DNA from: the human T2T-CHM13v2.0 reference genome, Homo sapiens
Direction: 5' to 3' (one strand)
Assembly (NCBI RefSeq): GCF_009914755.1
Contig: NC_060933.1
DNA: 64,000 bases
Shown in pieces: positions 13,677-25,170 of the stretch (position 1 is the first letter of the stretch; each line of letters begins with the position of its first letter). The position numbers were made by a program, and so were the translations under genes. The notes beneath the pieces were generated by a model. The model made no database searches. It was not told the origin of the DNA and worked only from the letters and a program-made list of their open reading frames with translations.

Positions 13677-16662
13677 CTCTTTAAGCAAACATTTTACTTA
13701 GAAGGATATGGTAGCCTCATTTCTCCATGTTTCTGAACTTCAGGTTTCCTTATCTGTAAAATGAGAAGGGTAACTAAAATCCTTTCTGGCTCTAAAATGC
13801 TATGATTCATTGTTATTCTTGTTCCCATGAGACCTATCCAATCCCACCCTAATAAGCACTCTGTTTCTTCAGGTTTGCTTTCATTGTGCCTTCTCAAAGC
13901 CTGCTCCATAGCTTCCATTCACACTGATAACAGCTTGTTATCTCTACTTGGAGCCTTTGGCATTTACTAGGGATCAAATCCTTAAATTAAAGGATTGAGT
14001 TCATATTTGAAAGTTCAGGTGCCTACCTGAGTTGATGAGATTATGGAAAGGCAAAGATGTCTTATGAAATTATTCCTGTGAAATAGAACTTTCGAGTTAA
14101 GCCCTGCTTGTATTAAAACATAAACTGCTGAAAATCTGTTATAACTGTCTTCCAAATAGATAAGAATCTATCCCCATAAGCACGACAAACAAGCCCCAAC
14201 TTTTTTTCTAAATCGGCAAGGCAACCATCCTTAAAAACCTATGATGACTATACTCATTTATCTCACTTTCAGCTAGCCTCATATCTACCCTTCACCAGAT
14301 CTGCAAATAATCATTAACTTTCTACTAGCTTAAAAATCTCCACATGTATTTCCACCATTACGCTCAAATTGACTAAGTCATTCGCTCTCTCCCCTCCTTC
14401 TTCCCCCTAGCTTATTAATGCTTCCTGTTAGAAAGAAAACTACAAATATATCCTTCACATCTGTATCTCTTAGAGCCCAGCGTCTGCTTTTACTGGCTCA
14501 GGTCTCCAATTCGTGCCAACATAAAAAATACCCACTATAACATGCTTTTACTATTATTAATGTTACCAAACCATCAGCTATCACGATAGTGCTCCCAATA
14601 AGTCTTGCCTATCAACTCTGTAAGAACCACATCTACCATAACTTTCTGGCTTCCAATAGCTATGTAAGTCCATTAATGACATAAATGTTCTTCAATTTCA
14701 CTGACTGTACACAAACCTCCCATTGGTATATCAATTGGTCTTTCAATTTTCAGCAGTCCAATATCTAGTTCTAGTAACACGGAAAGTCCTTCTTTAGTTT
14801 CTCCCAATTGAGAGAATTTAACTCCTCCCTAACATATGAATATCATGCACATTTTAACTGCTTTGAAATTTTAAAGCCTGCTAAATCCAGATATGCTCCT
14901 ACGAGCAAAAAGAAAATTCTAACAGGTACATCAGTCATCCCAACTATTAATATAATGCTTCTTGATTAAACACTAAAGTCTAAAAATATTATATGAATTT
15001 AAGCTAAGTCGAAGTCAGAAAAAAGTTTATCTGGAAACCTCAAGTACAAAGGATTGCTTTCTCCAGTGGTGGGACCATCTTTAATTCTCTGTGTGCTGCG
15101 CCACGCAAAGACATTTGTCTTACATTTGCTTTCAGTTTTATTTTTACCCATTTTCAAATTAGTCTTTCCTCAAATTAACCTTCTAATACAGGCTGCCTGT
15201 GTTTTTGACATGATTTTCCTCAAGGTTACTCAACACAGGCATCAACATATAAGGGTTGAAACAACAACTAAATTGAAAGCCTTGTACAACATCACAAATA
15301 TTCTAAAACATCATCAAATAATACACTGACACAGTATTAATAAGAAAAACTAGATGTATATTTAAATGGCACAAATGATATAGATGACATACTTGTGTTT
15401 TAGTGGTTACTAATTTCTAAACTAAATTGCTAATTTTAAAAATGAAAAATGCATGTATATAGCAGAAAATTTCAACATCAAAATATATACAAAGTAGGAA
15501 TACCTTCTACCTCAGATCCATGTTTCCTATTTTCTCCTGTATCATTTCAGAAAAATTTAATTTACAAATAAACATATGTACTTATGTATATATAATTTTA
15601 GATAAATGGTAGCACATGTATTGCCTATACTTTGCTTTTTTCAATTAACATGCTTTTAAAACTGTTCTATGTCAGCACATGTAAAGGTAGCTTATGTATT
15701 TTTAAAGAGCTTGAGTAATTTTCTGCTTGATGTTCATTTTGTTTTTTCTAGTCTTTTCCATCTCTGCACGTAAGTTTTTGTACAAATGTACACAAATAAG
15801 TACAAATGCAAAGGCAAATAACATATATATTTAAAAATTTGAAAGATAATCCAAACTTATTCTCAAGAGTCTGCTGTATGTTTAAAAAAAATCATCCTGT
15901 TTATAAAAATTAAAAGCAGCCTATTAAACTAAACATATAGATAAGAATAAACAAATGAACTCAATAGAGTATTCTTAGGATATTAAACAATTTGAATATG
16001 TACGAGTCTCTAAAGACACAGTTTCTTAGCAGAATTTCTGTAGATTCATGTGAAAAGAAATATTTCTGATTTCACAGATTACCATAAGCAATGTAAAAAT
16101 GGCATTCCAAACCATCCTGGCAAATTGTGACTATCAATATTGTTAACCTGAACTGAATGCCATTATAATACTACCCAATGCAAAAATAACGTTACAGTTC
16201 TCTAATATCCTTAAACATTTTAGCAAACTATTATTTTTTGGTCTTTCATTTAAGAATTAGAAAACAGCTGGATGTTAAATGAACATGACAAATCCAAAAT
16301 CTTTATGTTTCTGCTAAATTCAATCATATCAAAATGACTTTTCATAAGGCATTTTTTTCTGGAAACAAAAATGGGATAATCCTTTGCCAAGCAGAATTCT
16401 GAGATAATATGCTTTTCTACTTATATGCGAAACACTTAAAAAACAATGTTCAGTTTCCTTCATCAACAACTACAGCACGTGACTCTAAGTACTGCTCCCT
16501 CTACTGTGGACCATGTGGCAGGTCTATGGAACAGTGTAGAGTTTGGACTGACTTATGCTCTCCTCCTTCAATACGTAACTTAGGAAACCATGCCCTACAC
16601 CCTAGATAACTTGTGAAAAGGCCAGACAAGAACAGAGATATTCTGTTGATATCTGGAAGAAT

Positions 16663-16680
16663 AAAAACAAAGGAAAAGGT
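16663..16680 (+). repeat. Left TSD of composite SVA insertion (right copy 20100-20117)
   Basis: Perfect 18-bp match. The left copy starts at AT|AAAAA, an L1 endonuclease-type site. The right copy directly follows the SVA A-tail. Confidence 0.9.
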
Positions 16681-17159
16681 GTTCTAGCCAGTGATGTGAT
16701 TTTGGGAAGGTCTCTCCATCTCCAAAAGGCTCAGTTTTCTGAGCCTTTTAGATCTATTAAATCACTGGAGTAGACTACAGTATATAATGTTCTTAGTCCC
16801 TATTTCTTCTACCTTTTTCTCTCTCTTTTTTTCTTTCTTTCTTTCTTTTTTTTCTTTTCCTTTTTCTTTTTCTTTTTTTTTTGAGACAGGGTTTTGCTAT
16901 GTTGCCCAGGCTGGTCTCAAACCCCTGGGCACAAAGTGATCCTCCTACCTTGGCTTTCCAAAGCGCTGCAATTACAGGCATGAGCCACCATGCCTGGCCT
17001 TTTTCTAATTTTTTTTTTTAATTGAGGTGAAATTCACCAAATATAAAATTAATTATTTTAAAGTTTACAATTCGGGGTATTTAGTTAATTCATAATGTTA
17101 TACCCACCTCTATCTAGTTCGAAAACATTTTCATCACCACAAAAGAAAATCCTGGACTT
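16681..17159 (+). mobile_element. 5' transduced segment co-inserted with the SVA
   Basis: Lies inside the 18-bp direct repeat AAAAACAAAGGAAAAGGT (16663-16680 and 20100-20117). Contains MIR-like sequence, a minus-strand Alu monomer and a minus-strand L1M 3' fragment that stops at the hexamer. Confidence 0.85.
16812..16999 (-). mobile_element. Alu left monomer (FLAM_C/AluJ-like) with T/C-rich tail
   Basis: GAGACAGGGTTTTGCTATGTTGCCCAGGCTGGTCTCAAAC...GCCACCATGCCTGGCC preceded by a long pyrimidine tract. Confidence 0.85.
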
Positions 17160-20099
17160 CCCTCTCCCTCTCCCTCCTCTCCCTCTCCCCACGGTCTCCC
17201 TCTGATGCCGAGCCGAAGCTGGACTGTACTGCTGCCATCTCGGCTCACTGCAACCTCCCTGCCTGATTCTCCTGCCTCAGCCTGCTGAGTGCCTGCGAGT
17301 GCAGGCGCGCGCCGCCACGCCTGACTGGTTTTCGTATTTTTTTGGTGGAGACGGGGTTTCGCTGTGTTGGCCGGGCTGGCCTCCAGCTCCTAACCGCGAG
17401 TGATCCGCCAGCCTCGGCCTCCGGAGGTGCCGGGATTGCAGACAGTGTCTGGTTCACTCAGTGCTCAATGGTGCCCAAGATGGAGTGCAGTGGCGTGATC
17501 TCGGCTCGCTACAACTTCCACCTCCCAGCCGCCTGCCTTGGCCTCCCAAAGTGCCCAGAGTGCAGCCTCTGCCCGGCCGCCACCCCGTCTAGGAAGTGAG
17601 GAGCGTCTCTGCCTGGCCACCCATCATCTGGGATGTTAGGAGCCCCTCTGCCTGGCTGCCCAGTCTGGAAAGTGAGGAGCGTCTCTGCCCGGCCGCCATC
17701 CCATCTAGGAAGTGAGGAGCGCCTCTTCCCGGCCGCCATCCCATCTAGGAAGTGAGGAGCGTCTCTGCCCAGCCGCCCATCGTCTGAGATGTGGGGAGTG
17801 CCTTTGCGCCACCGCCCCGTCTGGGATGTGAGGAGCGCCTCTGCCCGGTCGCGACCCCGTCTGGGAGGTGAGGAGCGTCTCTGCCCAGCCGCCCCATCTG
17901 AGAAGGGAGGAGACCCTCCGCCTGGCAACCGCCCCGTCTGAGAAGTGAGGAGACCCTCCGCCCGGCAGCCGCCCCATCTGAGAAGTGAGGAGCCCCTCCG
18001 CCCGGCAGCCACCCCATCTGGGAAGTGAGGAGCGTCTCTGCCCGGCAGCCGCCCTGTCCAGGAGGGAGGTGGGGGGTCAGCCCCCCGCCCGGCCAGCCGC
18101 CCCGTCCGGGAGGGAGGTGGGGGGGTCAGCCTCCCGCCCGGCCAGTGAGGGGCGCCTCTGCCCAGCTGCCCCTACTGGGAAGTGAGGAGCCCCTCTGCCC
18201 GGCCAGCCACCCTGTCCGGGAGGGAGGTGGGGGGGTCAGCCCCCCGCCCGGCCAGCCGCCCCATCCGGGAGGGAGGTGGGGGGTCAGCCCCCCGCCCGGC
18301 CAGCCGCCCCGTCCGGGAGGTGAGGGGCGCCTCTGCCCGGCCGCCCCTACTGGGAAGTGAGGAGCCCCTCTGCCCGGCCAGCCGCCCCTTCCGGGAGGGA
18401 GGTTGGGGGGTCAGCCCCCCGCCTGGCCAGTCGCCCAGTCCGGGAGGGAGGTGGGGAGGTCAGCCCCCCGCCCGGCCAGCCGCCCCGTCCGGGAGGGAGG
18501 TGGGGGGGTCAGCCCCCCGCCCGGCCAGCTGCCTCGCCCGGGAGGTGAGGGGCGCCTCTGCCCGGCTGCCCCTACTGGGAAGTGAGGAGCCCCTCTGCCC
18601 GGCCAGCCGCCCCGTCCGGGAGGGAGGTGGGGGGTCAGCCCCCCACCCGGCCAGCCGCCCCGTCTGGGAGGGAGGTGGGGGGGTCAGCCCCCCGCCCGGC
18701 CAGCCGCCCCGTCCGGGAGGTGAGGGGCGCCTCTGCCCAGCTGCCCCTACTGGGAAGTGAGGAGCCCCTCTGCCCGGCCAGCCGCCCCGTCCGGGAGGGA
18801 GGTGGGGGGGTCAGCCCCCCGCCTGGCCAGCCGCCCCATCCGGGAGGGAGGTGGGGGGTCAGCCCCCCGCCCGGCCAGCCGCCCCGTCCGGGAGGGAGGT
18901 GCGGGGGTCAGCCCCCCGCCCGGCCAGCCGCCCCGTCCGGGAGGTGAGGGGCGCCTCTGCCCGGCCGCCCCTCCTGGGAAGTGAGGAGCCCCTCTGCCCG
19001 GCCAGCCGCCCCGTCTGGGAGGGAGGTGGGGGGGTCAGCCCCCCGCCTGGCCAGCCGCCCCATCCGGGAGGGAGGTGGGGGGTCAGCCCCCTGCCCGGCC
19101 AGCCGCCCCGTCCGGGAGGTGAGGGGCGCCTCTGCCCGGCCACCCCTACTGGGAAGTGAGGAGCCCCTCTGCCCGGCCAGCCGCCCCTTCCGGGAGGGAG
19201 GTTGGGGGGTCAGCCCCCCGCCTGGCCAGCCGCCCCGTCCGGGAGGGAGGTGGGGGGGTCAGCCCCCCGCCCGGCCAGCCGCCCCACCTGGGAGGTGAGG
19301 GGCGCCTCTGCCCGGCCGCCCCTACTGGGAAGTGAGGAGCCCCTCTGCCTGGCCAGCCACCCCATCCGGGAGGGAGGTGGGGGGGTCAGCCCCCCGCCTG
19401 GCCAGCCGCCCCATCCGGGAGGGAGGTGGGGGGGTCAGCCCCCCGCCTGGCCAGCCGCCCCACCTGGGAGGTGAGGGGCGCCTCTGCCCGGCCGCCCCTA
19501 CTGGGAAGTGAGGAGCCCCTCTGCCCGGCCACCACCCCGTCTGGGAGGTGTGACCAACAGCCCATTGAGAACGGGCCATGATGACAATGGTGGTTTTGTG
19601 GAATAGAAAGCGGGGAAAGGTGGGGAAAAGATTGAGAAATCGGATGGTTGCCGTGTCTGTGTGGAAAGAAGTAGACATGGGAGACTTTTCATTTTGTTCT
19701 GTACTAAGAAAGATTCTTCTGCCTTGGGATCCTGTTGATCTGTGACCTTAACCCCCAACCCTGTGCTCTCTGAAACATGTGCTGTGTCCACTCAGGGTTA
19801 AATGGATTAAGGGTGGTGCAAGATGTGCTTTGTTAAACAGATGCTTGAAGGCAGCATGCTCGTTAAGAGTCATCACCACTCCCTAATCTCAAGTACCCAG
19901 GGACACAAACACTGCGGAAGGCCGCAGGGTCCTCTGCCTAGGAAAACCAGAGACCTTTGTTCACTTGTTTATCTGCTGACCTTCCCTCCACTATTGTCCT
20001 ATGACCCTGCCAAATCCCTCTCTGTGAGAAACACCCAAGAATGATCAATAAAAATAAAATTAAAAAAAAACAAAAAAATAAACAAACAAACAAAAAAAA
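17160..20099 (+). mobile_element. Full-length SVA retrotransposon (SVA_D-like), antisense to GNAQ
   Basis: Short (CCCTCT)n hexamer at ~17160-17190, Alu-like domain at ~17200-17560, GC-rich VNTR at ~17560-19545, SINE-R (HERV-K-derived) at ~19545-20050, AATAAA at 20047-20052, then an A-rich tail. Confidence 0.97.
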
Positions 20100-20293
20100 A
20101 AAAACAAAGGAAAAGGTAAGTGCCAGAGGCCCAGGAACTGGCTGGAAAAATTTTAAAGGATATGATCTATAAAACATCTCAAGATTGCAATGTGTGTAGT
20201 ATTAAGGTAACCCATGAAAAGGGAGCAGGATTTTAACATCGCTTTGCCTTCCACAACTATTATATGTTGTGATGATAATATTTTTTGTGTAAA

Positions 20294-20421
20294 GCTAGGT
20301 GTGGTGGCTCATGCCTGTAATCCCAGCACTTTGGGAGATCAAGACTGGAGGATCACTTGCGGCCAGGAATTCAAGACCAGCTGGGCAACATGGCAAGACC
20401 CCCATCTCCACAAAAATAATT
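20294..20421 (+). mobile_element. Alu left monomer (FLAM/AluJ)
   Basis: GGTGTGGTGGCTCATGCCTGTAATCCCAGCACTTTGGGAG...CCCCATCTCCACAAAAAT. Confidence 0.85.
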
Positions 20422-21359
20422 AATACTGTATGTGTGAAGCCTTTTCAATTGTCCTCACCCCACCCCTGTTTTCTGTGAGACAAAGATCTTGCCATTTGCG
20501 ATTTTGCTAACTGCTGTACTTTTCAGGAAGATAACTATGAATTTGGTGAGGGATTATTGTATTGCGATGGATCAAGTGTGAAGAGATATTATTTACATTC
20601 ATTACAAGGGTAAATAAAAACTGTTACTGTGAATACGACTGAGCTGTACAAACACAAAGTCAAAAATGTCCTGTCTGCTGGGATGATTCTGTAAACAAAC
20701 ATGGAGTAAGAAGCAAAGCACACTGGTAGTGCAGAGGCAGTTTACTCAGGGAGAAGACAGGTGAGAAACAGTTTGTGAAAGTCTGTAAATGATTAGCATG
20801 GCAAGCTGCTCTAGGAAGCCTATATAAATATCCCACAAAAGAGCTTTTCTTGTTCTTTCGGCAATACATGGCTACAAAATAGTTGTGTTTTGTTAGTTGT
20901 TTTGTTTTCTTCGAAGGCTTGGATTTTGGGGAATGTTTAGTACTAACAATAGTGAAATAAGAGTTGCAAAAAGTTTCAAAGCAGTGAGCTGGTACATAGA
21001 TTTTATCCCTTGCCATGAGAAAAGGTTAATAGGAACTTCCATTCATTTTATGATCAAAAACCAAATACAAACCTATACTCCTAAACAAGAAAGTGAGATT
21101 GAGTCAGGTGAATTTCAGGCTTCTAGTCTCAGAGTTGAAGGACTGAATTTCTATATGATACTATGAAACTCAGGGATCATCTCTGAATGCAATCTCTTAA
21201 TTTAAAGATAAAGGCACCAAATCACAGATATTAAATTATTTCCCTAAGGTCAATGGGTAGATTAGTGAAATTTTGTTTTCCTAATCTGTAATCCAAAGAT
21301 CTTTCACAAGGGCAATATAATACCTTGCCTACATCTGCAGTTTCCTGTATTGTGGATAA

Positions 21360-21703
<344 letters not shown>

Positions 21704-22259
21704 GAAAAGACTTGCTAATAGTTAAGCAGTGGCAACATGCAAATCAAGAACCACATGAGGAATAAAACCCCTGCATCAAATCCTGGCTTCAACAAGAACC
21801 AGTGTGTGATCTTGGGGATGTCATTTGCCCTCACTGGATCACAGTTTTCTCATTTTACAAGGAGAAGGTTGAAACCAACAGACTCTTCCGTGTTAACATT
21901 CTATAAATGTGATTAGTTTTTTCAAATTAACATACATCTCATATTTTTGTGAAGTAAAATCCTGTCGGGATAACCTGGGAATTTGTCTTCGGTTTTATGC
22001 AAGTACTTCATGCCATAGTGAGAGTACCACCTAGTGGACATTTGGCTAACTTGAGCAGTTAAGAGCAGTACAAAAATTCAGTTTACAGAAGTGCTGTAAA
22101 GAACTTATTTAAAAAAAAAATCAGAACTGAAAGGAAAGCTAAAGGACATTCTCCATGCATTGAGGAAGGGACAAAAAATAGCTATTATCAACATATGAGA
22201 ATCTGTCTTCTTATTAAGACTGAATGCCATTACTTGGTAAACTAAAGAAAATAATAATT

Positions 22260-23190
22260 TAAAAACGGATATCACCTATGGAATGAAATAAAATATCTGA
22301 AAATTACATATCTGATAAGGGTTTAATATCCAGAATATATAAAGACTCCTACAACTCAATAACAAGAGCAACAACAAAAAACTACCTGAATCAAAAATGG
22401 GCAAAGGACATGAATAGACATTTCTTCAAGGAAGTTATATAAACGGCCAACGAACACATGAAAAGCCGTTCGACAAAACTAATCATTAGGGAAAATCAAA
22501 CCACGATGAGATACCACATTCATTAGAATAACTATTTTTAAAAGAAAAACAGGAAATAAGTGTTGGCAAGGATGTAGAGAAACTGGAACTCTTGTACACT
22601 GCTGGTGGGAACATAAAAAGATACAGCTGCTATGAAAAACAGTATGGCAATTCATCAAAAAGTAAAAAATACAATCACCATATGCTCCAGCAATTCCACT
22701 TCTGGGTGTATACCCAACAGAACGGAAAGTAGGAATTTGAGTAGCACAATTCACGACAGCCAAAAGGTGGAAGGAACCCAAGTGTCCATTGGTGGATGAC
22801 TGGATAAACAAAATGTGGTTTACACATACAATGGAATATTATTCAACCCTGAAAAGGAATGAAATCTTGACACATGCATGCTACATGAATAAATCTTGAT
22901 GACATTATGCTAAGTAAAATAAGCCAGTCAAAAAAAGAACAAATACTGTATGATTCCAGTTATATGAGGTACACAGAGTAGTCAAATTCATAGAGATAGA
23001 ATGGTGGTTGTGGGGGATGGACAGAATTACTGTGTAATGGGTATGGAGTTTCAGTTTGAGAAGATGAAAGTTCTGACGATCCATGTAGTGATACCTGCAC
23101 AATAATGTGAATGTTTTTAGTATCACTGAACTGTATCTAACACAAAAATTAAATAGTAAATTTTATATATGTATATTTTACAATAAAAAT
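22260..23190 (+). mobile_element. L1MB-type 3' fragment
   Basis: TCTGATAAGGGTTTAATATCCAGAATATATAAAG, AAATGGGCAAAGGACATGAATAGACATTTC, 3' end ATTTTACAATAAAAA. Confidence 0.85.
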
Positions 23191-24146
23191 TTTTTATCAG
23201 TGTGAAGTGTAAAATGAAGTCTGTTTTTAGAAAAAGCTCTTTGTTTCATCAACATTCTGTTTCAACGTTTCCTTGTTATTTTTCAGTGATTTACAGTTCA
23301 CATGTAATAATTAGCTTGTAAAGTACATATTAGAAAGTGAATTGTTCTTGATAACTTCTGAAATACTTTCAGATGGGGAATATGTACTTTTAAGAATCCA
23401 GGAGAAAGAAAATAAACTCCTTTGTCCCTTGTGATTTTTGACTAAAAAATAATGCTCATTTGATGAGACTTCTGGGTGTCTCTGATTTTCTTTGAGTTTG
23501 ATCCAGAAGAGAAATGAGCTTATTTTAAGTGAAGATGTTTGCTGTGTTCCAGGCTGGGCTCAACACCGGGGCAGGAGGAGTGTGGTGGGGGTGTAGGGTG
23601 GGAGGCTGGGGATGTCAGACAATAGTGTTCAGATGCCTGGGTTGCTGTTATGCACCGTTTTTTGCTACCACAGTCTGCAGTCCAAGTGTGGGTGTTTAAC
23701 TAGTGACAACTGGAGCTGCCTTTGCCAGAAGGGAAGGACGGTCTATAAGGAAAGACTGGTTCTGAGTGAATGCCCTTTGCTCTTGTTTTGAACAAGGTGG
23801 CTATGTGGGACCTCTCTGGGGGTTACGAAAGGTATGGCTGTCCTTAGCAGAAATTAATTAACTTTAGGTTTTAATAAGCCCTGTCCAGTGCTTTTTTCCC
23901 TTCTGAAATACTCTCTGACCTCATGTTCTTAATCTCTATAAAACCTACATTTGGAAAGAGATTTTGGACAAACTAAATTACCCTAACACATAAATGTCAG
24001 GGAACGTTTAGTGTGTACTGGCACTTTAAAAGGGTCTGTCATAAACCAAATAAATGAACCTCTAACTTCATAATTCTTGATGTCAATGAGTTGGCAAGGG
24101 GAAGGGTTGGGAGAAAGGTATGGCGGCCCTCTAGGTTCCCCCAAAG

Positions 24147-24364
24147 CAGGGTTTTTCAACCTCGACACTACTGACATTTGGGCTGGATGATTATGTGTTG
24201 TGAGGGGCTGTCCTGTGTGCCGCAAGAGTTTCAGCAGCATCCCTGACCTCTCCTACTAGATGCCAGTAGCACCCCCTAATTGTGAGAACCCAAATGTCTC
24301 CACACATTGAGGGGCAGGATGGGGGGACAAATTAGCCTCCCCCTAACTCTGCTGAGAACCACTG
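24147..24364. mobile_element. MER20 (hAT-Charlie MITE)
   Basis: Termini CAGGGTTTTTCAACC / GAGAACCACTG. Internal CAGCAGCATCCCTGACCTC..CTAGATGCCAGTAGCACCC. Confidence 0.85.
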
Positions 24365-24964
24365 CTCTGAACATACCATGTGGGTGGGCAGTCAGCTGCT
24401 CTGGTAGTATGCATCACTAGCTACTCTTGTCAAGGAGCTTATAATCTCACTAAGGCACTCAGATCTACACTGAAATTATCAGCAAGTAATACAAGCCAGG
24501 GTATAAGACTAAGCACTTGAAAGTGCAAACAATGAGTGTAACTTTTTAGATTTCTACAAGAAGCTCCTAGTGCAATTCGATAAAATGGGATGAGACTATT
24601 GATACCTGAAGAAAAGCCTCTTGTAAAAAAACTCTTAAAAGGTGATAAAACTACTTAAAGAATAATTTAGATCCCAATTTGGTCTGTCTTCGTAGGATTT
24701 TATATGCACATCCTCCCCCACCTTTATGTCCTCTCAGCCCATCCTGACACTTAACACAGGTAAATCTTGAAGTCATGGTGCCCACCTACAACCTGCCCCT
24801 TCTGCAAGAGTACCCTAATATACTCTCCAAATACAAGGAGTTTATTGAGTTTTAATGTTTTGAGGTTTTAGTGTTCACGGTCTGAGCCCCAAATAAGTAG
24901 CAAATTATCAAAGGAAATTATATTTAGACTTTTAGATTAGAAATCATTATATTATTAAAATAAT

Positions 24965-25170
24965 CATGCATTTACTATATGTCAGGGACTGTGCTAAATA
25001 TTTCACATATATTGTTACTGAATCTTTACAATAACCCAAAGACAGGTGATAAAACTAAGGCGCTGAGAGCCTCAAGGTCAAACAGCTAGACAGTGGCAGG
25101 TCTGGGATTTGAATCCACGCAGTCTGGCTATAGAGTCTGAGCTCTTAACCACCACACAAAACTGCCTTTT
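24965..25170 (-). mobile_element. MIR
   Basis: AAAACTAAGGC...AAGGTCAAACAGCTAG...GGGATTTGAATCCACGCAGTCTGGCT..AGAG...CTCTTAACCAC. Confidence 0.75.

Noticed and set aside
14150-14960. G-poor, C/A-rich stretch suggestive of a NUMT
   Set aside because: No recognisable mitochondrial gene, tRNA or rRNA motif. BLAST against mtDNA would settle it.
17560-19545. Array resembling CRISPR or a novel repeat system
   Set aside because: No unique spacers; standard SVA VNTR in eukaryotic DNA.
17245-19791. Many overlapping Pro/Gly/Arg-rich ORFs up to 192 aa
   Set aside because: Artefacts of the stop-poor GC-rich SVA VNTR. They are open in several frames on both strands and mostly have non-ATG starts.
17141-20117. 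SVA insertion-mediated deletion (no TSD adjacent to the hexamer)
   Set aside because: The TSD was found 479 bp further upstream, so 5' transduction explains the structure better.
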